Counted from the first letter of the stretch, positions 1 to 9,158 are shown. The stretch: 64,000 nt of DNA from Patescibacteria group bacterium (GCA_041645215.1 JBAZQK010000001.1:118091-182090), one strand, 5' to 3'. Notes: generated from the sequence alone by a model not told the origin. Program-made: numbers and translations.

Positions 1-1031
1 ACGCGGTCAAGCTGGAAGTTTTGCGCTCTTTAATGATGGGAACCGATGTTATTATTATTGACCCGGAAATGGAATACAAACATTTGGCCGAAGCGGTCGG
101 CGGGTCGTATGTCAGTATATCGCTTAATTCGGACGCTAAAATTAATCCGTTTGATTTGCCCCGTCCGGTGGGTGATGTGCGGGCCGGCGATATTATCCGT
201 TCGGCGGTTATTACCCTAAAAGGCTTAATGCGTTTAATGTTGGGCGCTTTAACCCATCAGGAAGACTCTATTGTTGACCGGGCTTTGCTGGAAACGTACG
301 CCAAAAAAGACATTACACCAACCTCTGATTTATCCAAAGTTGAGCCGCCGGTGATGGCCGATTTTGAGGACGTATTAAGCGGTATGGCTGGCGCGGAAGA
401 TTTGGTAATACGACTAAAAAAATATACGGACGGCACTTTTGCCGGTTTGTTCAACAAGCCCACCAATATTGATATGCGCAATCAGCTAGTGGTATTTTCG
501 GTGCGTGATTTAGAGGATGAATTACGCCCAATCGCCATTTATTCCATTATTAACTACATTTGGAACATAGTCCGATCGGAACTAAAAAAGAGAATTTTGG
601 TGATAGATGAAGCCTGGTGGCTAATGCAGAATGAGGACAGCGCCAAATTCATTTTTGCCCTGGTCAAGCGTTGCCGCAAATACTACTTAGGCGTTACCAC
701 GATTACGCAGGATGTAAACGACTTTTTAACCTCGCCCTATGGTCAAGCCATTGTTACCAACTCCGCCCTGCAACTATTGCTTAAACAATCACCGTCCGGG
801 ATTGATAAGCTGGTTAATACATTCCTGTTGACCGAAGGCGAAAAGTATTTGTTGTTAGAAGGCGGTGTGGGCGAGGGAATATTTTTTGCCGGCAATAAGC
901 ACGCCGCCATTAAAGTGGTGGCGTCATACACCGAGGACCAGCTAATAACCAGCGACCCGCGGCAATTGCTGGAGATTGAACAGGCTAAAAAAGAGTTTGC
1001 CGCGCAAGTGGACGAGCCGGAAATTGGCTAG
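1..1031 (+). CDS. VirB4/TraC-like ATPase, C-terminal part (5' end outside window)
   Basis: IIIDPEMEY, INPFD, LVIDEAW (Walker B) and ITQ motifs; frame is open upstream of the TTG at 21. Confidence 0.85.
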   Translation, partial: AVKLEVLRSLMMGTDVIIIDPEMEYKHLAEAVGGSYVSISLNSDAKINPFDLPRPVGDVRAGDIIRSAVITLKGLMRLMLGALTHQEDSIVDRALLETYAKKDITPTSDLSKVEPPVMADFEDVLSGMAGAEDLVIRLKKYTDGTFAGLFNKPTNIDMRNQLVVFSVRDLEDELRPIAIYSIINYIWNIVRSELKKRILVIDEAWWLMQNEDSAKFIFALVKRCRKYYLGVTTITQDVNDFLTSPYGQAIVTNSALQLLLKQSPSGIDKLVNTFLLTEGEKYLLLEGGVGEGIFFAGNKHAAIKVVASYTEDQLITSDPRQLLEIEQAKKEFAAQVDEPEIG

Positions 1032-1041
1032 AAATAGAATT

Positions 1042-1247
1042 ATGAATCAAGAATTAGGAATTAAGAATAATACAGCAAAGATAAAAACATTTACCGACTT
1101 ATTGGCTTGGCAAGAAGGACATAAATTGGTTCTGATGATTTATAAGATAACTACTGATTTTCCTAAGACAGAGCTATTTGCTCTAGTGGATCAATTAGTG
1201 GCTTAATAAAAAAATCAAAAACTATTCGTGATTCTTACCCAGTATAA
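1042..1247 (+). pseudogene. Four-helix-bundle protein (23S rRNA IVP-like), internally deleted
   Basis: N-terminus KTFTDLLAWQEGHKLVLMIYKITTDFPKTELFALVDQL stops at 1206; C-terminal-like ISGLIKKSKTI lies in another frame from 1194. Confidence 0.75.
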
Positions 1248-1378
1248 CTACTTGTGTTTCAGCTCGCTTTTAAAATAAAATTTATAAACCAGCTAAGTAA
1301 CTTATTCAATCGTTATCTTTTATTAATTACTTAATCTAAGCTCGCTAAATTTTATTTAACAAAGTAGTTATACTGGGC
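1237..1378. mobile_element. MITE-like element, CCAGTATAAC family, copy 1
   Basis: 16-bp perfect TIR CCCAGTATAACTACTT (1238-1253) / 1362-1377; TT on both flanks. Confidence 0.75.
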
Positions 1379-1408
1379 TTAATTCATAATTCTTAATTCT
1401 TTCTAGTT

Positions 1409-2026
1409 GTGTCTCGTAAATTAATCATCATTCTTAGTGCAACAGCTAGCGTGTTACTGCTCGGTTTAGCAACGGGGTACTTTATTTGGTTTAGGAATCA
1501 ACCGCCGCCGGTTAATGCTAATCAGCCAGCTGACAATAGTCAAAACAATGTTACCGTGAATAATGGCAATGTGGCGCCGGTTAACAACGATGTGCCCTTG
1601 GGTTATCAAGGCTCGGGTGCGGCACCCGGTAGCGAGACCGATGATGATTCGCAAATTAGGTTAGTGGCTAAGAGTTTTGTGGAAAAATACGGCACTTTTT
1701 CAACCGATGTTAATTATGCCAATCTGGAGGGCCTTAAGTATTTATTAACTGACAGTATGAAGGCGGACATTAATAAAAGTGTGGCGGCCGGGCAATCTAA
1801 TCAGACTGGTTCTGTGTCTTTTTATGGCGTTACCACTAAGGCGTTGGTGACAAAAATAATTAATCAGGATTCAGGCCAAGGCGAAGTATTTTTAACCACT
1901 CAGCGCAGTGAAGTTTTTAGTCGTACTGCTACGCCGATTTTGCGGTATCAGGATATTAAAGTTGGTTTGTCAAAAGTCAATGGTCAATGGTTGGTTAACG
2001 AGGTGGAGTGGATTAAAGGGGAATAG
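1409..2026 (+). CDS. Membrane-anchored protein, N-rich linker, possible NTF2/VirB8-like C-terminus
   Basis: N-terminal TM helix; C-terminal LSKVNGQWLVNEV; next to VirB4-like gene (fold is inference). Confidence 0.55.
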   Translation: MSRKLIIILSATASVLLLGLATGYFIWFRNQPPPVNANQPADNSQNNVTVNNGNVAPVNNDVPLGYQGSGAAPGSETDDDSQIRLVAKSFVEKYGTFSTDVNYANLEGLKYLLTDSMKADINKSVAAGQSNQTGSVSFYGVTTKALVTKIINQDSGQGEVFLTTQRSEVFSRTATPILRYQDIKVGLSKVNGQWLVNEVEWIKGE

Positions 2027-2105
2027 GAAACACTTAACCACTTTATCACTGGAACACTTTAACATTTATGGGAAATGATAACTAATTCAAAATTAAAAAA
2101 TCAAA

Positions 2106-2477
2106 ATGGAAAATGACAAATTAAAATTTAAAAATGAATTTAAGAAAAGGCTATATTCTTTTGTACTGAAATTAATTAAATTTATTGATTCTCTGCCTAA
2201 AGGGGTTGTTAGTGAGGTAATGGGTAAGCAATTATTACGCAGTGGCACTAGTATATTAGCCAATTATGTAGAAGCCAACTCAGCTAGTTCTAAGAAAGAT
2301 TTTATTAACTTTTTCACTCATTCTTTAAAATCAGCTAATGAATCAAAAGTTTGGTTAGCACTTTTAAAGGATACTAATAAAGGCAACAAACAAGAATTAG
2401 GCCGCCTTTTGGTGGAACTAATAGAATTGTCTAACATTTTAGCCTCTAGTATTTTAACTCTTAAAAATAAGAAATAA
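2106..2477 (+). CDS. Four-helix-bundle protein
   Basis: QLLRSGTSILANYVEA..SKKDFINFF..SANESKVWL signature. Confidence 0.9.
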   Translation: MENDKLKFKNEFKKRLYSFVLKLIKFIDSLPKGVVSEVMGKQLLRSGTSILANYVEANSASSKKDFINFFTHSLKSANESKVWLALLKDTNKGNKQELGRLLVELIELSNILASSILTLKNKK

Positions 2478-2565
2478 TTTTGCATTTTTAATTGTCCCGC
2501 TTTGCGGGATCTCGCAAAGCGATGATAATTTTGATTTTTGATATTTACATTTTACATTTCCCATT

Positions 2566-2961
2566 ATGGCACCCAACGACCAAGCCCAAGATTATGAATC
2601 CGAGTTAGCCGCGGCGAGGCAACAGGAAAGGTTGCAGCAAATGCAAGCGGAGCAAGAGGCGCAAAAACCCAGTCGTTTACAGCGGCTGAAGGGTAATGTT
2701 GCGCAGTTAGCTAAACAGCAGGCGAAAAATATGGCTAAGCAGGCCGCTAAACAAGTTGCCAAGCAAGCTATAAGACCGGTGGCTATTTGGGTGGCAACTG
2801 GAATAGCAGCTCTTTTAGGCAATCCGATTACTTGGTTTGTTTCATTCGCGCTGCTTATCATCGTTTTTGGCTACTGGTGCGTTCAGCCGGCAACTAATAT
2901 CCCTAATTGCGCTGGGATAGTAGGTTGGGGCATTGTTGATATATTTAAGGTTGTTTTTTAG
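2566..2961 (+). CDS. Hypothetical membrane protein with Q/A/K-rich AKQ repeats
   Basis: Coiled-coil-like N-terminus, hydrophobic C-terminus. Confidence 0.65.
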   Translation: MAPNDQAQDYESELAAARQQERLQQMQAEQEAQKPSRLQRLKGNVAQLAKQQAKNMAKQAAKQVAKQAIRPVAIWVATGIAALLGNPITWFVSFALLIIVFGYWCVQPATNIPNCAGIVGWGIVDIFKVVF

Positions 2962-3069
2962 TTTAATTTGTATGGATAAGTGTTGTATTTTGGGAAATTG
3001 TGAAATTGTGGTTTGATTAGTATTATTATAACGTGATTTTTTCAAAGGAATGTTAATTTATATATAAAA

Positions 3070-4608
3070 ATGTGCAATCTAGTTAAATTAGTTGTTTTCA
3101 GATCATTTTATGGCGGAATTTTATTAAGTATTATTTCCGTTACGTTTTTGTTATTCCCATTACAGAAGATTGCAGCGGCCGACCCAATTCAAGACAGGTG
3201 TTGGTTGCAAGAAAACTGTGAGTCATATAATGGCATCTGGGGTAAAAGCGATAATTATAAAAAACTTTATGGTAATGGACAGGCTGATGACTGGAGTCAG
3301 AAATTTTGTGATAACATTGGGGCCGATAAAGTTACGGCTCGTTGTTTTGCCGGTAATCCAACCCTGCCGCTGCAAGTCGGCATACCCGGGGTTACGGAAA
3401 AATTTTGTTCCAGTTTTAATTTAGGCAGTGAGCCGACCGCTTGTAAAATTGACGATGATTGTAAAGCCAAAAGTTTAGGTACTTGTCAGCCTGGGATTAA
3501 AGGCGGGTTCCCAGGTTATGTGGCGGCCTTTTATAAGTTTTTCGTGGGTTTTATGGCGGTGGTGGCGGTGGTGATGATTATGTGGGGCGGGTTTAAGCGA
3601 ATAATGGCCGCTGGCAGCGCGGAAAAAATAAAGGACGCTAATGGTACGGTTTTTGCCGCTATTATTGGTTTGGTGTTAACTTTAGTGTCTTATACTTTGC
3701 TTAATTTAATAAATCCACGCTTGGTGGCTAATATTTTGCCGTTAATGGAAAAAGTGCGGCCGGAAATTTTTGGCTTTTGTCCAAGTTATGAAAAAAATAA
3801 GTCCTTGTATGAGGCTGGGTATTTAAAATTTTTATGCGGCAGTGGCAAGAATGTGAATAGAACTTGTTTTACTGATGATGATTGTCCGCCTGACGGTGAG
3901 GTCAAAGGTAAGTGTGTGGAACGGGCTATGAGCTTTAATAACCCAGGGGATAATACTTGTGGTAAAAAGATGGTTTTTAGCGGCCGTGAATGCACCGGTA
4001 TGGAATGTCCTTCTGGACAGGGTTGTTTTAAAAATCAAGCCAGCAATAATCCTCCGTATGCTTGCGACAACATTATGCTCCAGGGAAATCTCAGCGGTAT
4101 ACGGGTTAATAAAATGGATGCCATCTTGGTTTGTAACAACGGCAGCGTGAGTGGTTATAATTGTGGCATGAAAGATGCTAACGGGACGGTTAGTGATAAT
4201 TTAGATGTTAAGAGTAAGAGCAGTTATGTTATTACTGGCTGTTGGACACCGGATACAAACAGCGAGCTTAAGTATCGTACCTTAGACACAAAATATTGTG
4301 AAAATGCCGGCGGTCTTAAGGGTATAGCCTTGGCGATTGAGAGGGAATCTACGGGCTGTGACGATTGGTATATTGTTGATGCTTCGTCTTGTTGGTCAGT
4401 CACCAAGAGAGTTACAGACGGAGACGGCAATTATGTTATATGGCCCCACTCGGCTGCACCTTTTTGTGTATATGATTTGTTTACCGCCGAAATGAATTTT
4501 CAAAAAGTTGATAAGAGCAAATTATTTTACCCTTTTGATAGCGATGGCAAGGTCAAAGCAATAAAATGTGATATAAATGTAACAAATAAAGAATTACCTG
4601 ATTTATAA
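3070..4608 (+). CDS. Cys-rich secreted/membrane protein with CPR pilin (TrbC/VirB2-like) domain
   Basis: Signal peptide; VVMIMWGGFKRIMAAGSAEKIKDA..AIIGLVL..LNLINP; CxxDDDC repeats. Confidence 0.8.
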   Translation: MCNLVKLVVFRSFYGGILLSIISVTFLLFPLQKIAAADPIQDRCWLQENCESYNGIWGKSDNYKKLYGNGQADDWSQKFCDNIGADKVTARCFAGNPTLPLQVGIPGVTEKFCSSFNLGSEPTACKIDDDCKAKSLGTCQPGIKGGFPGYVAAFYKFFVGFMAVVAVVMIMWGGFKRIMAAGSAEKIKDANGTVFAAIIGLVLTLVSYTLLNLINPRLVANILPLMEKVRPEIFGFCPSYEKNKSLYEAGYLKFLCGSGKNVNRTCFTDDDCPPDGEVKGKCVERAMSFNNPGDNTCGKKMVFSGRECTGMECPSGQGCFKNQASNNPPYACDNIMLQGNLSGIRVNKMDAILVCNNGSVSGYNCGMKDANGTVSDNLDVKSKSSYVITGCWTPDTNSELKYRTLDTKYCENAGGLKGIALAIERESTGCDDWYIVDASSCWSVTKRVTDGDGNYVIWPHSAAPFCVYDLFTAEMNFQKVDKSKLFYPFDSDGKVKAIKCDINVTNKELPDL

Positions 4609-4627
4609 TAATGCACGTGTATCTTCA

Positions 4628-4651
4628 AGCCTCTTATTGCAAGAGGCTTTT
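4628..4651 (+). terminator. Intrinsic terminator
   Basis: AAGCCTCTT-attgc-AAGAGGCTT followed by T-run. Confidence 0.7.
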
Positions 4652-4703
4652 GTTGTTAAATTGGATTAATTCTTGTATAATATAATAAGGATTAAATGAA
4701 TTT

Positions 4704-4787
4704 ATGTTGGATAATCTTCGTTATTTTTGGAAAAATGTGGATAAAAAAAAGTTTTTAATAGTCTGGATTAATTTGAATTATAAATAG
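4704..4787 (+). pseudogene. Diverged duplicate of the 5' end of gene 5447..6718
   Basis: MLDNLRYFWKNVDKKKF vs MLDNLRYWWENLDKKKF; 45/53 nt identical. Confidence 0.75.
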
Positions 4788-4796
4788 ACTCGGTGA

Positions 4797-5078
4797 TGTC
4801 ATTTCCGTCCCGTATCAAGTGCGGGATAAATTCCAACGGGAATCTGGGATCCCTTATTTTTGAAGGACTTACAAATATAGATTCCGTATCCACCGCTACG
4901 CGGGGCAGGCAAGTACGGAATGACAAGGATATTTTTTAAATCCGCAAGTCCTGTTAATATTAAAACAGCGCCGTTAAAGTTATTGGAGGTGTTTTTTGTT
5001 GCGTGGGTTGTCATCCTGAGCGCGAGCGAAGGAGCTCATAGATTCCTCAGCCCTCCTAAGGAGGGCTGAGGAATGACA
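4797..5078. repeat. Cluster of GTCAT..ATGAC REP-like doublets overlapping a degenerate AGGACTTAC..GTCCTG element
   Basis: TGTCAT..ATGACA-bounded palindromes at 4797-4925 and 5009-5078; AGGACTTAC/GCAAGTCCTG ends at 4863-4953. Confidence 0.7.
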
Positions 5079-5148
5079 CTACTTAGTACTTTCAGAGTTG
5101 GCTAAATTAGGCTTTGTCAAAAAGCTTAAATTATGCTATAATTTATTT

Positions 5149-5391
5149 ATGCAATCACTATTAATTAAGTTTTCGCCGGCTTTATTTTGGGATATTGATA
5201 GAGATTCTTTAAATTTTAAAAAACACCGTCAGTTTGTGATTGAGCGAGTGTTGAAATTCGGCGACTCCTCAGACTGGCAGGCCATAAAACAATTTTATGG
5301 TTTACCAGCCATAAAAAAAGTGGCTCAAACCAGCCGTGATTTAGATGATAAAAGTCGTAATTTTTGGCGGATTATGTTAAAAATTAAGTAA
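5149..5391 (+). CDS. DUF6922-like small protein (putative antitoxin partner)
   Basis: LFWDID....K...FVIERVLKFGD motif; near-leaderless ATG 6 nt after TGCTATAAT. Confidence 0.7.
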   Translation: MQSLLIKFSPALFWDIDRDSLNFKKHRQFVIERVLKFGDSSDWQAIKQFYGLPAIKKVAQTSRDLDDKSRNFWRIMLKIK

Positions 5392-5446
5392 AAATTAATG
5401 ACTGTTTTAACGCCGCCGGGAATTAAATTTTTACGGCTAGAAATAT

Positions 5447-6718
5447 ATGTTGGATAACCTTCGCTATTGGTGGGAAAATTTGGACAAGAAAAAGTTTTTT
5501 GGAGCCGTTACGGTTTTAACAGTTATTATCGGTCTGGGTTTTGTTATTTATTTAATTTGGCGTCCGGAAAGGCCGTCATCGCCAACCAATGTGAATTTGC
5601 CCGGAGAGAGCGGTTTCCCAATAGGCGCTCCCGGCGGGGTAAATGTGGCTGAACCGGGTGAAATCACTTTACCGTCAACCGAAGGAGTAACTCCGCCGCC
5701 GAGCGGCGGCGAGTTGCCGCCGGTAATCGCCAGCGGCGGCATTACTCTGACCGCGGTGGTAAATGACCAAGCAACCGCTTTCCCCGTATTTAGCGGCAGC
5801 GCCGTGCGTTATTATGACCCGCGTGAATGTGGTTTTTACGAAATAACCGGCGACGGCCAGCGCGCCGCCTTGACTGATGCTGCTTATTGCAGTGTTAATA
5901 ATATGACTTGGTCGCCAAATACCACGGGCGCGGTTTTGGAGTTTCCCGATGGTTCCAATGTGGTTTATGATTTTAGAACTAAGAAGCAATATTCTTTGCC
6001 TCGGGAAATGGAAAATTTTTCCTGGTCGCCGGATAGCGGTAAAATTGCCGGCAAGTTTATGGGTGACGATTTGGGAGACAGATGGGTGGTTACGGTTAAC
6101 AGCGACGGCTCGGCTTTAACCGGGGTGGAGCCAATGGGCGATAACGCCGACAAGGTCAATGTGGAATGGTCGCCGAATAATCAGGTAATTGCTCTGTCGC
6201 GAACCGGTGAACCGTCCGGCGCTTTTACCCAGCAGGTGTTATTGGTTGGATTTAATCAGGAAAATTTTAAAGGTTTGTATATTGATGGCCGTGGTTTTCA
6301 GCCTAAATGGACGCCGGATGGTAAAAGATTGTTATATTCGGTATTCAATGATAAAACCAATTTTAAACCGTCACTTTGGCTGGCTGATGCGGCTCCCGAT
6401 AGAGTTGGCTTAAATAAACAAAATCTTAACTTAGCCACTTGGGCTGATAAGTGCAATTTTAGCGGGAGCTATGCTTATTGCGCCGTACCAACCAATTTGC
6501 CGGACGGGTCTGGTTTAGTGCGGGAATTGGCTAATGGCGCACCGGATTCGTTGTGGCGGGTGGATTTAACCACGGGCGCGATTAATATTTTAGCTACTCC
6601 GGTCGCCGATGACGGTCAAGGTCTGACCGCGGCCAATATAACAATTTCAGCTGATGCCAAATGGCTGTATTTTACCGACAGCGACGGTAAGCTAAGGAGT
6701 GTGAAGTTGCAGGAGTAA
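5447..6718 (+). CDS. Membrane-anchored TolB-like beta-propeller protein
   Basis: TM anchor, Pro/Gly linker, repeated WSPD/WSPN/WTPDG motifs. Confidence 0.75.
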   Translation: MLDNLRYWWENLDKKKFFGAVTVLTVIIGLGFVIYLIWRPERPSSPTNVNLPGESGFPIGAPGGVNVAEPGEITLPSTEGVTPPPSGGELPPVIASGGITLTAVVNDQATAFPVFSGSAVRYYDPRECGFYEITGDGQRAALTDAAYCSVNNMTWSPNTTGAVLEFPDGSNVVYDFRTKKQYSLPREMENFSWSPDSGKIAGKFMGDDLGDRWVVTVNSDGSALTGVEPMGDNADKVNVEWSPNNQVIALSRTGEPSGAFTQQVLLVGFNQENFKGLYIDGRGFQPKWTPDGKRLLYSVFNDKTNFKPSLWLADAAPDRVGLNKQNLNLATWADKCNFSGSYAYCAVPTNLPDGSGLVRELANGAPDSLWRVDLTTGAINILATPVADDGQGLTAANITISADAKWLYFTDSDGKLRSVKLQE

Positions 6719-6745
6719 CAAAAAATATCAAAATTCAAATTTCAA

Positions 6746-7126
6746 ATGTCAAACCAAGCACGAAATCCCAATGACAAAAAGTATGATTTAAAGGAAAGAA
6801 CGTCTAAATTCGGCGAAGACTTGATAATTTTTGTTTCAAAATTAGAGCGAAGCCCCATAAACAATCCCTTAGTTAGTCAATTGGTCAGGTCTTGTACAAG
6901 CATAGGAGCAAATTATATGGAGGCTGATGGTGCGGAATCAAGGCCGGATTTTAAACATAAGATTGCTATTTGCAAAAAAGAGGCCAAAGAAACCACGCAT
7001 TGGTGTAAAATGTTAGCCGCAGTTAATCCGCAGTACGGAGAGCATTTTGCTGGTTTTTATAAAGAAGCGCATGAGTTGGTTTTAATTTTTTCTTCCATTT
7101 TGAATAATATGGTTAAGTCAAAATAA
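6746..7126 (+). CDS. Four-helix-bundle protein
   Basis: YDLKERT..QLVRSCTSIGANYMEADGAES..DFKHKIAICKKEAKET. Confidence 0.9.
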   Translation: MSNQARNPNDKKYDLKERTSKFGEDLIIFVSKLERSPINNPLVSQLVRSCTSIGANYMEADGAESRPDFKHKIAICKKEAKETTHWCKMLAAVNPQYGEHFAGFYKEAHELVLIFSSILNNMVKSK

Positions 7127-7178
7127 TTTTAGTCATTTAGAAATTGATTTGTCATTTGAGCTTTGAAATTTGGATTTT

Positions 7179-7826
7179 ATGAATAAGCATGGTTTCTGGT
7201 TTTTACTAATTGCTTTAGGAGTTGTTGGTTTTGCGTTTTATAGTTTAAAGCAGCAATCTTCAAGCTTTAAGCCGGCGCTTAAACCGGTTAATATTATTTA
7301 TCCCAAGTTACCCGGTGAAGTGACAATTTTTCCGGCTGACCCCCAGCTCGGCGAACGACAGGCACCGGTAAAAATTATTGAATTCGGTGATTTTCAATGT
7401 CCATTCTGCGCGCAAACCGCGCCGATTTTAGAACAGACGGTTAAAAACAATAAAGGCAAAGTTGAGCTTATTTGGAAGGATTTTCCGCTCCCTGATCACC
7501 CCGAGGCCTATGCCGCCGCCGCCGCCGCGCAATGCGCCGGTCGGCAAGGAAAATTTTGGGAATATCACGACCAATTATTTTTGAATCAAAGTTCTTTGGG
7601 TCAAGATTTGTATAACAGGATAGCTTCGTCTTTAAATTTAAATATGGAGAAATTTTCCAGTTGCCTAAGTAATCACGAAGCTGTACCGTTAATAAAGCAG
7701 AATATTGACGAGGCTCGAGCCATTGGGGTTGATAGCACGCCGTATTTTGTGATAAACGGGCAAGTTTATAGCGGTATAATAAGCCAGGAAGAGTTAAATT
7801 CCCTTATTAATTCAGTTAGTAAATAA
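7179..7826 (+). CDS. DsbA-family thioredoxin
   Basis: IEFGDFQCPFC, WKDFPL and STP motifs; N-terminal anchor. Confidence 0.9.
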   Translation: MNKHGFWFLLIALGVVGFAFYSLKQQSSSFKPALKPVNIIYPKLPGEVTIFPADPQLGERQAPVKIIEFGDFQCPFCAQTAPILEQTVKNNKGKVELIWKDFPLPDHPEAYAAAAAAQCAGRQGKFWEYHDQLFLNQSSLGQDLYNRIASSLNLNMEKFSSCLSNHEAVPLIKQNIDEARAIGVDSTPYFVINGQVYSGIISQEELNSLINSVSK

Positions 7827-7862
7827 AAATCATTTATACTATCAGTTGGGCAGTAATTATTT

Positions 7863-9158
7863 ATGAAGCTATCAAATATTAGTAAGATATTAATTCTATA
7901 TATCACGGTATTTTCTTTTTTGGTTTCATATAATTATGTTTTGGCGCAAACTGATTTAGAACAGTGTAAGAGCGCTGGTTATACTGGAATAGGTGATTGT
8001 AAACAAAATGAACAAGGTGATGGTATGTGGTGCGAATCAACTATTAATACAGCGGAAAAACTAAAGCCAATTATTACATGTGAAGGTTGTCCTACTTATA
8101 AATTATGTTGTCAAAAACCAGAAGATCCTAATAATGCAGCACCATTAGCTCCTAGAGTACCGGGGTGTATAGAAAAGATACCTGACGCCCAAACAACCCC
8201 ACCTGAACCCATATATTTCAAGCCCAGCGTTACCATACCCGGCACAATTTTTACAGCCGGCAAAGAGATTGAGATAACCGGCGAATCTTTTGCTCAATAT
8301 GTCAGCGGCTTTTATAAATTCTTTGTCGGTTTTATGGTGGTGGTTACGGTGGTGATGATAATGTGGGGCGGGTTTAAGCGAATTATGGCCGCCGGTTCAG
8401 CTGAAAAAACTAAAGACGCTAATGATACAATTTTTGCCGCCATTATTGGTTTGGTTATTACTTTAATTTCTTATACTTTGCTTAATTTAATAAATCCGCA
8501 GTTAGTTAATTTAAAAACCTTAGCAATACAATCAATTAAAGCGGAAGAATTTAGCATACGTCCGGGTATATTGGAAAATCCTGGTCTTAAAAGTACTGCT
8601 GATGAATATAAAATAATGTCATGTCCCTCAAGTGCGGAATTACTGGCTGGAGTTAAATTTTTTACAACAGGTTATTATAAGCCCAACTTTGAAGATAAAG
8701 AGCGGTACCAAAGTTTTTGGTGTAATATTGCCATGCAGTGTTCTTGCCCAAATGGTAGGGAAGTTGAATATTCGTGTCAGTCAGGGACCATGAAGTGGCA
8801 ACCCTGCAAAAAGTTTAATAATGATGTACCTTACTGCAATGCAGCAGCAGAAATGCGCACGCCACCACCGCCACCAGGACAGACAACACCCACTAAGACA
8901 CCGGAACCTTGGGTTACAGTAGCACAGAAAGGATGCAATATGACCGGAACGGTATTGAAGGTGTTTGGTTCTAAGCAGGATGGGGTAAATACTGCCGTGT
9001 GGTATGTGCATGATACAGGGGGCGCTATCACCGGGCGGCGGATTGATCTATATTTCGGTCAAGGTCCAAGTGCCTATCAGCAAGCCGTGAAAAGTACGGG
9101 TATTGTCACAGTAAAGAAGTGCCCAGATAACGATATAAGTAAGTGTCCATCTTTATAA
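7863..9158 (+). CDS. Cys-rich pilin-domain protein with C-terminal 3D (MltA-like) domain
   Basis: Same pilin core as 3070..4608; TTGYY and HDTGGAITGRRIDLYFG motifs. Confidence 0.8.
   Translation: MKLSNISKILILYITVFSFLVSYNYVLAQTDLEQCKSAGYTGIGDCKQNEQGDGMWCESTINTAEKLKPIITCEGCPTYKLCCQKPEDPNNAAPLAPRVPGCIEKIPDAQTTPPEPIYFKPSVTIPGTIFTAGKEIEITGESFAQYVSGFYKFFVGFMVVVTVVMIMWGGFKRIMAAGSAEKTKDANDTIFAAIIGLVITLISYTLLNLINPQLVNLKTLAIQSIKAEEFSIRPGILENPGLKSTADEYKIMSCPSSAELLAGVKFFTTGYYKPNFEDKERYQSFWCNIAMQCSCPNGREVEYSCQSGTMKWQPCKKFNNDVPYCNAAAEMRTPPPPPGQTTPTKTPEPWVTVAQKGCNMTGTVLKVFGSKQDGVNTAVWYVHDTGGAITGRRIDLYFGQGPSAYQQAVKSTGIVTVKKCPDNDISKCPSL

Noticed and set aside
3517-8506. Diversity-generating retroelement TR/VR pair in the pilin duplicates
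   Set aside because: Differences are not adenine-specific and no reverse transcriptase is present
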